From contig JAHLWH010000279.1 in the NCBI GenBank assembly GCA_019058015.1, positions 1 through 39,821 of the forward strand: 39,821 nt of DNA. Reading direction: 5' to 3'. The stretch's first letter is position 1, and every line of letters begins with the position of its first letter. This DNA is from Promethearchaeota archaeon. Lineage in GTDB: Archaea > Asgardarchaeota > Lokiarchaeia > Sigyniarchaeales > SOKP01. Below, piece by piece: positions 1 through 10,407 of the stretch. Position numbers and translations under genes: made by a program. The notes below the pieces were generated by a model. The model saw nothing but the letters and a program-made list of their open reading frames with translations, did not search any database and was not told the origin of the DNA.

Positions 1-208
1 TGCTTTCCGTGGAGACCACCTCGGTCGTGGTCCAGGCTGCCGTGGTCGCGTTCCAGCGCTTATAAAATATATCAAGATCCGTTCCCGAATCGCCATAATT
101 CGTCTCATCATTCCACGCAATGTGCACGTTTCCGGAACCGTCCACTGCTATTGTTGGAGAATAAGAATCACCAGTGCTTTCCGTGGAGACCACCTCGGTC
201 GTGGTCCA
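1..208. repeat. Intragenic direct repeat: 34 bp identical at 1-34 and 175-208, period 174 bp (58 aa)
   Basis: tgctttccgtggagaccacctcggtcgtggtcca occurs at both positions and encodes WTTTEVVSTES on the minus strand. Confidence 0.95.
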
Positions 209-364
209 ATTCCAAGCAGAAATTTTTAATTCTTCTGAAAAGCTCTCTAAATTTTCAACAATATTATCCTTCAACAAATTGGTGTTATTATAGAGATAAA
301 TAGTTGTGAAGCCACTAAAAAAAATGGTCAACGAGATCAATAAAGCTAATTTATATTGTCTCAT
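1..364 (-). CDS. Secreted repeat protein (beta-propeller-like repeats), 3' end runs off the window
   Basis: Hand translation from ATG at 364: MRQYKLALLISLTIFFSGFTTIYLY (signal/anchor)...WNWTTTEVVSTESTGDSYSPTIAVDGSGNVHIAWNDETNYGDSGTDLDIFYKRWNATTAAWTTTEVVSTES. Open to position 1; absent from the ORF track. Confidence 0.85.
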   Translation of the reverse strand, partial: MRQYKLALLISLTIFFSGFTTIYLYNNTNLLKDNIVENLESFSEELKISAWNWTTTEVVSTESTGDSYSPTIAVDGSGNVHIAWNDETNYGDSGTDLDIFYKRWNATTAAWTTTEVVSTES

Positions 365-1164
365 AGATAATTACCCTTATAAAAGATTTTCATTGGGTAT
401 TTAAATATATCCTTTTTTTTTATTTATAAACTTTCTCAAATTAGCATTGTGTTTATTTTTAATTTACTTCTCTATTTTCCACCAAATTTTTGTTTTGTGT
501 TCATATTTTATTTATTTATTAAAAAATAGATGTTTTTACCTCTAATTTGAAAGAATTCTCAAATATTATATTACCTGATTATGAAATTATTAGTAAAATA
601 CAGATCAATTTAAATTTCATATTATCCAAAGATAAAATTTAATTTATCTAGAAATTTGTGGAATATGCGGAGATATTCCTAAGTTTAGACGATTATCAAG
701 GTATAAGTGATATAATATCTTTTTCTCAGAAATATAAATAAGGGTTGAGGGTTTGAGTTAAATTCAAAAGAACTTATCTCGTTTCAAATTTTCTTTAACT
801 TTCTCAAGTATGCTATAAATTAGGAATTGAAATATTATCTTTTAAAAGGTTCATGTAGAAACAAGTGTCGCATAACACTTTTTTAGCTCTTTTAAGAAAT
901 TTCAGCGTACGTTAATAAAATTTATTAGGAAATTTAGATTACCATCACAAGAGATTAAAACTTTATGTTGTTTTGCGAAATTATTTAATTCGTTATAAAT
1001 AATTTCTTTATATAACCATCTGTTTAATATTTTAAAATTAAAAATTTAGCATTAAATTATCTTGAAGAGAGCAATAATATTAAGATTTATCAATGAATAT
1101 TAAAAATATTCAAAATTTACAAATATTAGAGTATTAGAAGTATTTTCATTTTACACTTAATAAC

Positions 1165-2268
1165 ATGAAAAAAATTGGACTAATAATAAATCCAATCGCC
1201 GGGATGGGAGGAAGTGTAGGATTAAAAGGAACAGATGGGGATATTTTTAAAAAAGCTATAAAAATGGGAGCTCAACCAATAACACCAAAAAGACTTAGTG
1301 AATTATTATCTAATTTAGAAAACAAAGAAGATATTTTTTTCCTTGTAGCCCCTGGTAAAATGGGTGCAGATATTGTAGAAAATAAAGAGTTTAAATTTAA
1401 TACTATTGGAGAGATTGGTAACGATACTTCAGCAGAAGATACAAAAAGAATTGCAAAAATGATGTTAGAAGAAAATATTGATTTACTTATTTTTTGTGGA
1501 GGTGACGGAACTGCCAGAGACATCTTTGATGCTATTGGATTGAAAAAGCCCGTTGTTGCTGTCCCATCTGGCGTAAAAATGTTTAGTTCTGTTTTTGCTC
1601 TCAACCCTAGAGCAGCAGCAGAAATGGTAGATGCTTTTGTAAAAGGAACAGATACTCAAGAAAAAGAAGTTCTCGATATTAATGAAGATTCTTTCAGAAA
1701 AGGTATATTAGATTCGAGTTTGTATGGTTATTTAAAGGTTCCAAATGTCAAGCGCTTATTGCAATCAGGAAAAATAGGTTCGAAAATCAATAAGACTGCA
1801 GCGGAAAATAAAGTAGAAATTGCCGATCATGTAATTGAAAACATGAAAAATGATATTTTATATTTATTGGGCCCCGGTACAACTGTTAAAGCAATTACAG
1901 ATTCGTTAAATTTACCTAAGACTCTGCTTGGAATTGATGCTATAAATAATAACAAACGAGTTGGAGAAGATTTAAATGAAGAAGGTATTCTAAGATTACT
2001 TGATAAATATAATAATGTAGAAATAATTGTTTCCCCTATTGGAGGGCAGGGGTTCATTTTTGGAAGAGGAAATAAACAATTAACCCCAAAAATCATTTCA
2101 AAAGTTGGAAAGGAAAACATAAAAATTGTAGCGACAGCAGATAAGATGAAAGGATTAATGTGTTTGAGAGTTGATACGGGTGATATTGAAGTTGATAATA
2201 TGCTAAAAGGTTATACTAAAGTAATTATTGGATATAAAGAAGAACTCATAACGCAAATAGAATGTTAA
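1165..2268 (+). CDS. ATP-NAD kinase family protein (COG3199-like)
   Basis: N-terminal NPIAGMGG..GLKGTDG, GGDGT motif, SGVKMFS, GGQGFIFGRGNKQL. Confidence 0.85.
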   Translation: MKKIGLIINPIAGMGGSVGLKGTDGDIFKKAIKMGAQPITPKRLSELLSNLENKEDIFFLVAPGKMGADIVENKEFKFNTIGEIGNDTSAEDTKRIAKMMLEENIDLLIFCGGDGTARDIFDAIGLKKPVVAVPSGVKMFSSVFALNPRAAAEMVDAFVKGTDTQEKEVLDINEDSFRKGILDSSLYGYLKVPNVKRLLQSGKIGSKINKTAAENKVEIADHVIENMKNDILYLLGPGTTVKAITDSLNLPKTLLGIDAINNNKRVGEDLNEEGILRLLDKYNNVEIIVSPIGGQGFIFGRGNKQLTPKIISKVGKENIKIVATADKMKGLMCLRVDTGDIEVDNMLKGYTKVIIGYKEELITQIEC

Positions 2269-2293
2269 ATTTATTATTGAAGGACATTAAAAT

Positions 2294-3268
2294 ATGAGAA
2301 TTAGATTAGATAAAAATGAGATGTTTAAACCCCCTCCAAAAGAAATTATTGACCCTGTAAAGGAAAGTATTGAAAATATAAATCGTTATACTCCCCAAGT
2401 CAAAGTAGAAGAATTAATTGGATTAATCTCTGATTATACAAAAGTTCCTCAAGATTCCATAATTTTAAGTTCAGCTTCAGATATATTGATAAAAGAATTC
2501 ATTTATCTTTTTGCAAGAAATCGGCAGATAATTATTGCAGACCCAACATTCATTTTAATCACAAATACTGTTCAAAAAACCTCTTCACCATTATTAAAAA
2601 TCAGATTAAGAGAACCCGAATTTAAGATTTCTTTAGAACAATTTGGTGATGAAATTAGTAAACCAACTTTGATAGTGTTTGATAATCCTAATAATCCCAC
2701 TGGAAGTCTGCTATTAAATAAAAAAGACGTTAAGACTGTTTTGGAAAATGAAAATGTGATATTTCTAATCGATGAGGCATATTTCGAATTTTCAAAGATA
2801 TCTTATGTAAATTTCTTGATTGATTTTCCTAACTTAGCCATTGTAAGGACATTAAGTAAATCTTTTGGTTTAGCGGGTTCTGGAATTGGGTATATACTTT
2901 GCGGAGATGTTATAAAAAGGAAATTTATTGGTTTAGAAATTATGCTACCTTATCCTAGTGTCGTAGCTGCTATTAATGCATTACATAATTTGGATTACAT
3001 GAAAAAAAATATTAAAGAAATTGAAAAAGAAAAAAAAAGAATAATAACTTCAGTTTCAAAAATGGGAATTACAGTTTTTCCGAGTTATACCAATTTTATT
3101 TTAATGAAAACTGGTATTGAAAATATTACTCAAAAGTTATTAAAACAAGGAATTTATGTTCACGACGTATCTGAGCAATTAAGTTCAGAATACATAAGAG
3201 TTACAATAGGAACTGAAAAAGAAAATGATTATTTTATAAGTTATCTTGAACAATTAACTAAATCTTAA
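2294..3268 (+). CDS. PLP-dependent class I/II aminotransferase, HisC/CobD-like
   Basis: RLDKNE start, NPNNPTG, DEAYFEF, RTLSKSFGLAG (PLP lysine), RVTIG. Confidence 0.85.
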   Translation: MRIRLDKNEMFKPPPKEIIDPVKESIENINRYTPQVKVEELIGLISDYTKVPQDSIILSSASDILIKEFIYLFARNRQIIIADPTFILITNTVQKTSSPLLKIRLREPEFKISLEQFGDEISKPTLIVFDNPNNPTGSLLLNKKDVKTVLENENVIFLIDEAYFEFSKISYVNFLIDFPNLAIVRTLSKSFGLAGSGIGYILCGDVIKRKFIGLEIMLPYPSVVAAINALHNLDYMKKNIKEIEKEKKRIITSVSKMGITVFPSYTNFILMKTGIENITQKLLKQGIYVHDVSEQLSSEYIRVTIGTEKENDYFISYLEQLTKS

Positions 3269-3395
3269 TTGAATTGTTTGTTTATTTATTTTTATCTTAA
3301 TCATTTTAAATGTTTTTTTTTCATAATTTTTTTAAAATATATTTTTTAAGACTCTAATCAAATTACTAATTATTAAAAATAAAAATAAATTTTTA

Positions 3396-4229
3396 GTGAA
3401 AAAAAATATGGTTAAAGAAATAAATGTTGTTGCAGTAATAGGAGCTGGGTTTATGGGGGATCAGATTATACGAAAAACAGCATTAAAAGATTATACTGTA
3501 CGTTTTTATGATGTGAATCCTAAAGGATGTGAAAAATTAGCAAATTCATTAACAAGAAAGAAAAAACGTAATCAAATAGAAGGAGAAGTTACTTTTCACG
3601 AAAAGCTTAATGAAGCTGTAGCAGACGCAGATCTTATCATTGAAGCAGTACCTGAAAAGTTAGAATTAAAAAAGGACATATTTTCACAAATTGATAAAAC
3701 ATCTCCACCTAATGCAATAATTGCTACTAATAGCTCATCGATTGCAGTTTCAAGGATTGAGAATGCTGTTGAAAGAAAGGATAAAGTATTAAATATTCAC
3801 TTTTATAACTTAACTTCAATCCCAATGGCGGATATAATGAAAGGTTCTAAAACAAGCGATGATACTTTCGAAAAAGGAAAAAAATGGCTTGAGAGTATAG
3901 AAATTACACCTCTTATTGTAAAAAAAGAATGTTTTGGTTTTGTATTTAATAGAGTGTGGAGAGCCGTAAAAAAAGAATGTTTGGAAATATGGGCAGGGGG
4001 ATATGCAGATATTGAAGAAGTAGATAAAGCATGGAAAATATATACTAAAATGGGAGTGGGCCCTTTTAAAATAATGGATGCTATTGGACTTGATGTTGTC
4101 TATGATATAGAAATGTCTTACTATAAAGAAAGCGGAGATCCTAGAGACAAACCACCACAACTTCTTAAGGAAAAGGTTGAAAGGGGTGAATTAGGATTAA
4201 AAACTCAAAAAGGTTTTTATTCCTATTGA
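3396..4229 (+). CDS. 3-hydroxyacyl-CoA (3-hydroxybutyryl-CoA) dehydrogenase family
   Basis: GAGFMG Rossmann motif, IIEAVPEKLELK, ATNSSS, GFVFNR, GPF..MD.IGLD, G.LG.KT.KGFY. True start may be the ATG at 3408. Confidence 0.9.
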   Translation: MKKNMVKEINVVAVIGAGFMGDQIIRKTALKDYTVRFYDVNPKGCEKLANSLTRKKKRNQIEGEVTFHEKLNEAVADADLIIEAVPEKLELKKDIFSQIDKTSPPNAIIATNSSSIAVSRIENAVERKDKVLNIHFYNLTSIPMADIMKGSKTSDDTFEKGKKWLESIEITPLIVKKECFGFVFNRVWRAVKKECLEIWAGGYADIEEVDKAWKIYTKMGVGPFKIMDAIGLDVVYDIEMSYYKESGDPRDKPPQLLKEKVERGELGLKTQKGFYSY

Positions 4230-4355
4230 AAAAAAAACATTTATCTGATAATAAAATAGACATTGATAATAATAAAGATTTAATAGAAATTTATTTATGA
4301 ATAATTGGAAGAAATTTAATTGTATTAATAAATTTTAATCTTTTTAACTTCAGAA

Positions 4356-5456
4356 TTGATAATGGAAACTACTCATAAAATATTTTTTAAAAATTCTTCT
4401 GATATGCGCGAAGTAGAATCAGACACAGTAGATTTATTAATAACTTCTCCACCTTATCCCATGATAGAAATGTGGGATTCATTATTTTCATCCTTAAATG
4501 AAGAGATAGGAAAAGCATTAAAAGAAGAGAAGGGTAAAAAAGCATTTAACTTAATGCATTATGAATTAGATAAAGTTTGGAAAGAAACTGTAAGAGTTTT
4601 AAAATTAGGAGGGATCGCTTGTATAAATATTGGAGATGCAACAAGAACAATAAATAAAAATTTTCAACTATTTCCTAATCATGTTAAAATAGCCAATTTT
4701 TTTCAAGAAAATGGATTTATTGAGTTACCTTGCATTCTGTGGAAAAAACCTACAAATAGTCCTACAAAATTTTTAGGATCTGGAATGCTACCCCCTAACG
4801 CTTATGTCACTCTCGAACATGAATATATTTTATTGTTTAGAAAAGGGGAAAATAAAAGAAAAATACCACCTAAGTCAGAATATAGATCTAAAAGTGCCTA
4901 TTTTTGGGAAGAAAGGAATAAATGGTTTTCGGATGTATGGGTAGATATTAGAGGGGCATCTCAAAGTTTAAATAATGATAATAATAAGAAAAAATTACGA
5001 AAACGATCAGCAGCATTTCCAATAGAACTTCCATATAGATTGATTAATATGTTTTCTATTTATGGTGACATTATTTTAGATCCATTTTGGGGAACTGGAA
5101 CAACTTCATTGGCTGCCATGATTTCAGCAAGAAACTCAATAGGGTATGAGATTGACTCAGAATTTATGGTATCATTTAAAAAAAGTATTAGGAAAATTAA
5201 AAAATTAGCTGATTTAATTAATGAGAAAAGATTGCTACAACATGTTGAGTTTATTAAAAGATATAAGAAGCAAGATAAAGATGTTAAATATAAAGCAATT
5301 AACTATAAATTTCCATTAATTACAAAACAAGAGATAGGTATATTGTTGTATTCGATAAAGAAATATAGTGAGATAAATAATGAATTTCACGTTGATTACG
5401 AAAAATTTGAATTTGAACCAAAAAGAAAACTTGTTCAATCACGTCTGATACCCTAA
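4356..5456 (+). CDS. Site-specific DNA methyltransferase, beta class (N4-mC/N6-mA)
   Basis: Motif IV TSPPY precedes motif I DPFWGTGTT; SAAFP.ELP.RLI; GYEID. Confidence 0.9.
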   Translation: MIMETTHKIFFKNSSDMREVESDTVDLLITSPPYPMIEMWDSLFSSLNEEIGKALKEEKGKKAFNLMHYELDKVWKETVRVLKLGGIACINIGDATRTINKNFQLFPNHVKIANFFQENGFIELPCILWKKPTNSPTKFLGSGMLPPNAYVTLEHEYILLFRKGENKRKIPPKSEYRSKSAYFWEERNKWFSDVWVDIRGASQSLNNDNNKKKLRKRSAAFPIELPYRLINMFSIYGDIILDPFWGTGTTSLAAMISARNSIGYEIDSEFMVSFKKSIRKIKKLADLINEKRLLQHVEFIKRYKKQDKDVKYKAINYKFPLITKQEIGILLYSIKKYSEINNEFHVDYEKFEFEPKRKLVQSRLIP

Positions 5457-5553
5457 AGTGTTGTTATTATTAAAAAAAGAATTTAAAATGTCAAACCTTT
5501 TTATTGAAGGCAATCTATTTAATTAATAACGATTTTTAAGAAAGTGGATTATT

Positions 5554-6657
5554 ATGGCAGATAATATTGAATATATCGACGCAGTCACACTCAAGAATTT
5601 TATGAAAGATGTATTTATTGGGTTAGGGGTTCCAGAAGAAGATGCAGAAATTTGTGCAGATGTGTTGATAACATCTGATTTAAGAGGAATTGAATCACAT
5701 GGAATTCAAAGAATGAAGATGTATTATGACCGTGTAAAAGCGGGTATTTATAATCCAAAAACGGAGTTTAAAATTATTAAAGATGGACCTACAACAGCTC
5801 TTATAGATGGAGGAGTGGGAATGGGCCATGTTATTGCTTTTAACGCAATGAAATTAGCCATAGAAAAGGCTAAAAAATATGGACTTGGAGCAGTTGCAGT
5901 TAGAAATTCAACCCATTTTGGAATCGCCGGATATTATTCTCTAATGGCAATAAAAGAAGGCATGATTGGAATTGCCGTTACAAATGCTAGACCTTCAATT
6001 CCCCCAACCTTTGGAGTAGAACCATTGTTAGGTACAAATCCATTAACTGCTGGCGCACCAACTGATGAAGAATTTCCATTCCTTATTGATTGCGCAACTT
6101 CAATCATTCAAAGAGGTAAAGTAGAGGTATATGATAGAATTAAAAAACCACTTCCAGAAGGTGTGGTGATTAATAATGAAGGGAAATCTGAAACAGATGC
6201 AAATAAAGTCTTAAAAGATTTAGCAAATAAAACTGTAGCTTTATTGCCCTTAGGTGGAAAAGGAGAAGAAACTAGTGGATACAAGGGATATGGATATGCA
6301 ACATTAGTAGAAATACTCTCAGCTGCACTACAGGATGGAATTTATTTAAGAGACACAATTGGAATCGAAGAAGGTGGAAAAACTTATTTAAAAGTCGGAC
6401 ATTTCTTTTTAGCAATTAATATCGAAAATTTTATTCCTTTAAAAACTTTCAATAAAACCGCTGGAAATATTATGAGGGGGTTAAGGAGTGCAAAAAAGGT
6501 TCCGGGACAAGAGAGAATTTATACAGCGGGAGAAAAAGAATTTGAAGCTGAAAAGGAGAGAGTTAAAGTAGGGATTCCAATTAATGAAAGTATTCAACGA
6601 GATATTAAAATAATGCAAAAAGAAATAGGTTTAAATCAATATAAATTTCCATTCTAA
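5554..6657 (+). CDS. Type-2 malate/L-lactate dehydrogenase family (ComC/AllD-like) oxidoreductase
   Basis: DLRGIESHG, NSTHFGIAGYY, GTNP, D.ATS, GYKGYG. Confidence 0.9.
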   Translation: MADNIEYIDAVTLKNFMKDVFIGLGVPEEDAEICADVLITSDLRGIESHGIQRMKMYYDRVKAGIYNPKTEFKIIKDGPTTALIDGGVGMGHVIAFNAMKLAIEKAKKYGLGAVAVRNSTHFGIAGYYSLMAIKEGMIGIAVTNARPSIPPTFGVEPLLGTNPLTAGAPTDEEFPFLIDCATSIIQRGKVEVYDRIKKPLPEGVVINNEGKSETDANKVLKDLANKTVALLPLGGKGEETSGYKGYGYATLVEILSAALQDGIYLRDTIGIEEGGKTYLKVGHFFLAINIENFIPLKTFNKTAGNIMRGLRSAKKVPGQERIYTAGEKEFEAEKERVKVGIPINESIQRDIKIMQKEIGLNQYKFPF

Positions 6658-6689
6658 ATTAATTTATAAAATCTTTTTATAAAATCTTT

Positions 6690-8129
6690 TTAAAAAATAA
6701 TTCCGTCCGTTCGTCCGCTTAGAGGCTCAGAATGGAGAATAATAACATGGAGATTTTCAATTTTAATATTTTTTCGGATTTTTTGTTCTATATTCGTAAG
6801 ATAACCGTGAACAAGAGAAATATTCAACGATCCTTCAAAAAATATATGTAATTCAAGTATATAATTTTCACCAGTGGTAAAAAATTCAAATCCATGATAA
6901 CCTTTGACGTATGGACAATCTTTTAAAATAGATTCGATCAATTCTTTTATTTCCTGTATTTTCTGAGGGTTTACCTCTAACTCTGCAATTTGAATAAAAG
7001 AATATTGTCTAACCAGAGGTTTAGCTTCAATATGGGTTGTAATTCTAGTCAAAAATGGTGCCCGATTTTTTAAAACTTTTTCAAATTCTGAAGATGTTTC
7101 ATGAGCTTTATTGAGATTAAGTTTATCATCAACAACTAATGTCATGGAAAGATAATTTTTATCTTTTAAAGTAAAAAGGGCATAATCTTTAACATCGATG
7201 ATACCAGGAAATTCTAAGATCATTGAAGATATTAAGTTAATGATATTCTCGATTAATGATCCTTCCCCAGCAACGGGATTCATCTCAATGATACATTTCA
7301 AATCGTAATTAGGAAAAAATTTTTTAGCCATTTCATTAATAGCTATATTTATTTCATGGGCGTGGATAAGGGAAATATGATCTTCTACTAATAGACCAAC
7401 TTCTAAAAATAATTCCTTACCGATTGAACGTATGCGTAAATCTTCAACAGCATTGATATGCTCTAAATTAAAAATTTTTAGGCGTATTTCTTCTATATCT
7501 TGGTAATTAAATGGATTTGTATCTGAAATCTCTTTTATACTCTTCTTGGATAATTTCAGAGCACTTAAAATAATCCAGAGAGAAAGAGCGATACTGAATA
7601 ATGGATCAGTAAATAAGATACCAAATATCACAAATAAAAAATTTACCAATACAAAAATTGAACGTATTGAGTCTTGGAACAAGTTTAATCCCTGAATCTC
7701 CAAAATAAGACTCATACGACGTCTACCCTGCCAGATGAGAATTCGAGAAAATATTAAATTCACTGAGAAAGAAATGATTGTTATAATTAAACCTATATCT
7801 GGATTAGAAGGCAAAAAAGTTTCCTCAATAAAGATTTGAATTGTGAAAAAGATCAATAAACCATATAAATTTATTAAGATGATACCTTGAAGTAATGCTC
7901 CAATTGGCTCAATTTTAGCATGTCCATACATATGTTCGTAATCAGGAGGTTTTGAACTACGGAATAAACAATAAATCGTCAAAGAAACAAACCCTATATC
8001 CGTTATTGTATCCAATGTTTCGGATAATAAAGCTAAACTATTTGTTAGAATCACTCCAGATATTTTTAATGTAGATTGAAATAAAATAATAATAAGTGAA
8101 GCAAATCCAAACTTAATTTTAATCTCCAT
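6690..8129 (-). CDS. Cation diffusion facilitator transporter with three C-terminal dimerisation-type domains
   Basis: Six hydrophobic segments, PPDYEHMYGHAKIE, then three repeats of an L..AH...EI...IH.EP-like domain. Confidence 0.85.
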   Translation of the reverse strand: MEIKIKFGFASLIIILFQSTLKISGVILTNSLALLSETLDTITDIGFVSLTIYCLFRSSKPPDYEHMYGHAKIEPIGALLQGIILINLYGLLIFFTIQIFIEETFLPSNPDIGLIITIISFSVNLIFSRILIWQGRRRMSLILEIQGLNLFQDSIRSIFVLVNFLFVIFGILFTDPLFSIALSLWIILSALKLSKKSIKEISDTNPFNYQDIEEIRLKIFNLEHINAVEDLRIRSIGKELFLEVGLLVEDHISLIHAHEINIAINEMAKKFFPNYDLKCIIEMNPVAGEGSLIENIINLISSMILEFPGIIDVKDYALFTLKDKNYLSMTLVVDDKLNLNKAHETSSEFEKVLKNRAPFLTRITTHIEAKPLVRQYSFIQIAELEVNPQKIQEIKELIESILKDCPYVKGYHGFEFFTTGENYILELHIFFEGSLNISLVHGYLTNIEQKIRKNIKIENLHVIILHSEPLSGRTDGIIF

Positions 8130-8278
8130 ATAAGCTTATAGAATTAATTACTTATTTTAATCTAATCTATTCTCCTAAAACCGTCTTTATAATTTTGAAA
8201 TTTTATTCCTAAATTTTCATGCAAAGTAATATTGAGATGATATACCTCTTTTTGAATTAAAGTTGTTCAAACCAAGTT

Positions 8279-8440
8279 ATGGTTGAACCAGTTAAGATTG
8301 TTGAGGATGATATCTCGAAGGATTTAGATCATGCAATTGCTTCGAATATATTCAAGAAATTATATCAAGCAATAAAAGAAAATGATGAAGAGACTATTTG
8401 GAATCTCTCTAAAATCATAACGAGATATCGGTTTAGATAA
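8279..8440 (+). CDS. Small hypothetical protein (53 aa) or orphan gene 3' fragment
   Basis: Hand translation MVEPVKIVEDDISKDLDHAIASNIFKKLYQAIKENDEETIWNLSKIITRYRFR*; coding-like composition in an otherwise intergenic gap. Confidence 0.45.
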   Translation: MVEPVKIVEDDISKDLDHAIASNIFKKLYQAIKENDEETIWNLSKIITRYRFR

Positions 8441-8497
8441 AAAGAAATTTAAGTAAATATCTAATTCATAAAGTCCAACAAGAAGAGGAAGCAGAGA

Positions 8498-9682
8498 TTA
8501 AATTTTCTCTTTTTTAGAGAAATAGCTTAATTTGGCTAATTCATAAATCTCCTTCAAAGAGACATTATTTTCTTGTGCCAATTTTTTACAGTCTTCATAT
8601 TCAGGAGATACTAATTTTATTTTATCTTTTGTTTTTCCAATTTTAATGGTTATTTCACCATATTTTGTTTCCACTTTTTCCATCTCAACAAATAATTTTT
8701 TTCTATTAGTTTTATAAATTCTTAAACCAAAAGTAGTGGTTTCATTAAAGATAATATCGGTAAGTTGATCTGTAATTTCCAATGGCGAAATTATACTGAG
8801 TTTTATACCAGGTCTATTTTTTTTCATTTGAATATTTGTAAGATAGACATCTAAAGCTCCATTTTTTAATAGTTTTTCAAAAACAACTTCATAATGTTCT
8901 GGATTCATATCATCAATATTGATTTCAATTACATTCACAGTATCTGTGTCATATTTCTCTAAAGACTCACCAATAAAAATTCTTAATAAATTTGGGTGAT
9001 CAAAATCGGATTTACCCGCTCCATATCCGATCTTTTCGATTTGCATTAATGGCATTTCACCAAAACTTTCAGTTAAAGATGAAATTATTGCTGCTCCAGT
9101 TGGGGTAACTAATTCCCCCTCAACTTTAGTAGAATATATTGGAATTCCTTTTAATAATTCACTCGTTGCTGGTGCTGGGATTGGTAATTTTCCATGTGCC
9201 GATTTAACAAAACCTCTCCCTACAGGAATACTAGAACTATATATTTTTTTAATGTTGAGTTTATCAAGACCAATAACGGCTCCTATAATATCCAAAATGG
9301 AATCAATCGCCCCAATTTCATGAAAGTGGACATTATTAATGTCAATATTATGAATTTTTGACTCTGCTTTAGCTAGTTTTAGAAAAATATTTTTGCTTTT
9401 TTTCTTTATTTCTAGATTTAATTCGCTCTTATCGATTAAAGCATTAATTTCTTTTAAACTCCGATGTTTTTGCTTATCCTTTACAGTAATATTTACTTTT
9501 ATACAAGAAATATCATTTTTTTTAGTTTTTATAACATTTATTTCATAGCCAGAGATATTAATTTTTTTAAATTCGTTTTTTAAATATTCAATATCCAATC
9601 CCAAATCAATTAAGGACCCGAGTATCATATCGCCACTGATGCCTGAGAAACAATCAAAATATGCAATTTCCATTTGATTCAC
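8498..9682 (-). CDS. larC: Nickel-pincer cofactor nickel insertase LarC
   Basis: YFDCFSGISGDM.LG.L.DLG, VHFHEIGAIDSI.DI, PAPAT, ELVTPTGAAI, E.NIDD, MKKNRPG, ETTTFGLR, PEYED. Confidence 0.95.
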   Translation of the reverse strand: MNQMEIAYFDCFSGISGDMILGSLIDLGLDIEYLKNEFKKINISGYEINVIKTKKNDISCIKVNITVKDKQKHRSLKEINALIDKSELNLEIKKKSKNIFLKLAKAESKIHNIDINNVHFHEIGAIDSILDIIGAVIGLDKLNIKKIYSSSIPVGRGFVKSAHGKLPIPAPATSELLKGIPIYSTKVEGELVTPTGAAIISSLTESFGEMPLMQIEKIGYGAGKSDFDHPNLLRIFIGESLEKYDTDTVNVIEINIDDMNPEHYEVVFEKLLKNGALDVYLTNIQMKKNRPGIKLSIISPLEITDQLTDIIFNETTTFGLRIYKTNRKKLFVEMEKVETKYGEITIKIGKTKDKIKLVSPEYEDCKKLAQENNVSLKEIYELAKLSYFSKKEKI

Positions 9683-10407
9683 CTATTTATTAAATTAGCA
9701 AAATAACCTGCACCAACACCGTTATCAATATTTACAACGGTGACTCCGAATGCACAAGAATTAAGCATTGTTAAAAGAGGACCAATTCCTTCGAAACTTG
9801 CACCATATCCTACACTTGTTGGAACAGCAATTATCGGTTTTGATGATAATCCACCCACAACACTTGGCAATGCTCCATCCATTCCGGCTATTACAATAAT
9901 TACGTTTGCCTCAAAAATTTTATCTTTAATATCAAATAAACGATGAATACCAGCTACACCTACATCATAAGATTTCTCCACCTTATTGCCCATAATTTCA
10001 GCTATAACAGCAGCTTCTTCTGCAATGGGTATATCCGACGTTCCCCCTGTTAAAATTAATATCTTTCCCTCCTTTAATTTTACTGGTTCCTTTTGAACAG
10101 CAATAATTCTAGCTTTTTCATAATATTCTGCTTCATTATAGACTTTTTTTATTGCATTAAAAATTTCTTTATTAGCTTTCGTTGCCAAAACCGTATGTTT
10201 AAACTTTATCATACTCTCAACTATTTTCATTATCTGTGGAATAGTTTTTCCCTGACAATAAAGAATTTCTGGAAAGCCCTTCCTGAGAGATCTATGAGTA
10301 TCTACTTTTGCAAATTCTAAATCTTCGTAAGGCAGAGTTTTCAATTTTTCTAAAACCTCTTCCAATGATATTTTTCCCTCCTTATAATCTTCCAATATCC
10401 TTTTCAA
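9679..10407 (-). CDS. larB: Nickel-pincer cofactor carboxylase/hydrolase LarB (PurE-like)
   Basis: R..RKGFPE, GGTSD.P.AEEA, DVGVAG.HRL, AGMDGALPS, PTSVGYGA, ML.SC, VVNIDNG.GA. Confidence 0.95.
   Translation of the reverse strand: MKRILEDYKEGKISLEEVLEKLKTLPYEDLEFAKVDTHRSLRKGFPEILYCQGKTIPQIMKIVESMIKFKHTVLATKANKEIFNAIKKVYNEAEYYEKARIIAVQKEPVKLKEGKILILTGGTSDIPIAEEAAVIAEIMGNKVEKSYDVGVAGIHRLFDIKDKIFEANVIIVIAGMDGALPSVVGGLSSKPIIAVPTSVGYGASFEGIGPLLTMLNSCAFGVTVVNIDNGVGAGYFANLINR

Noticed and set aside
1-208. 34-bp direct repeat as a CRISPR array
   Set aside because: The 140-bp gap is too long for a spacer, the period is a multiple of 3, and the repeat lies in an open reading frame encoding a protein repeat.
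365-1164. 800-bp gap as a degraded gene or ncRNA (contains EICGICGD in one frame)
   Set aside because: No sustained frame, recognisable family or convincing structure by eye; left unannotated.
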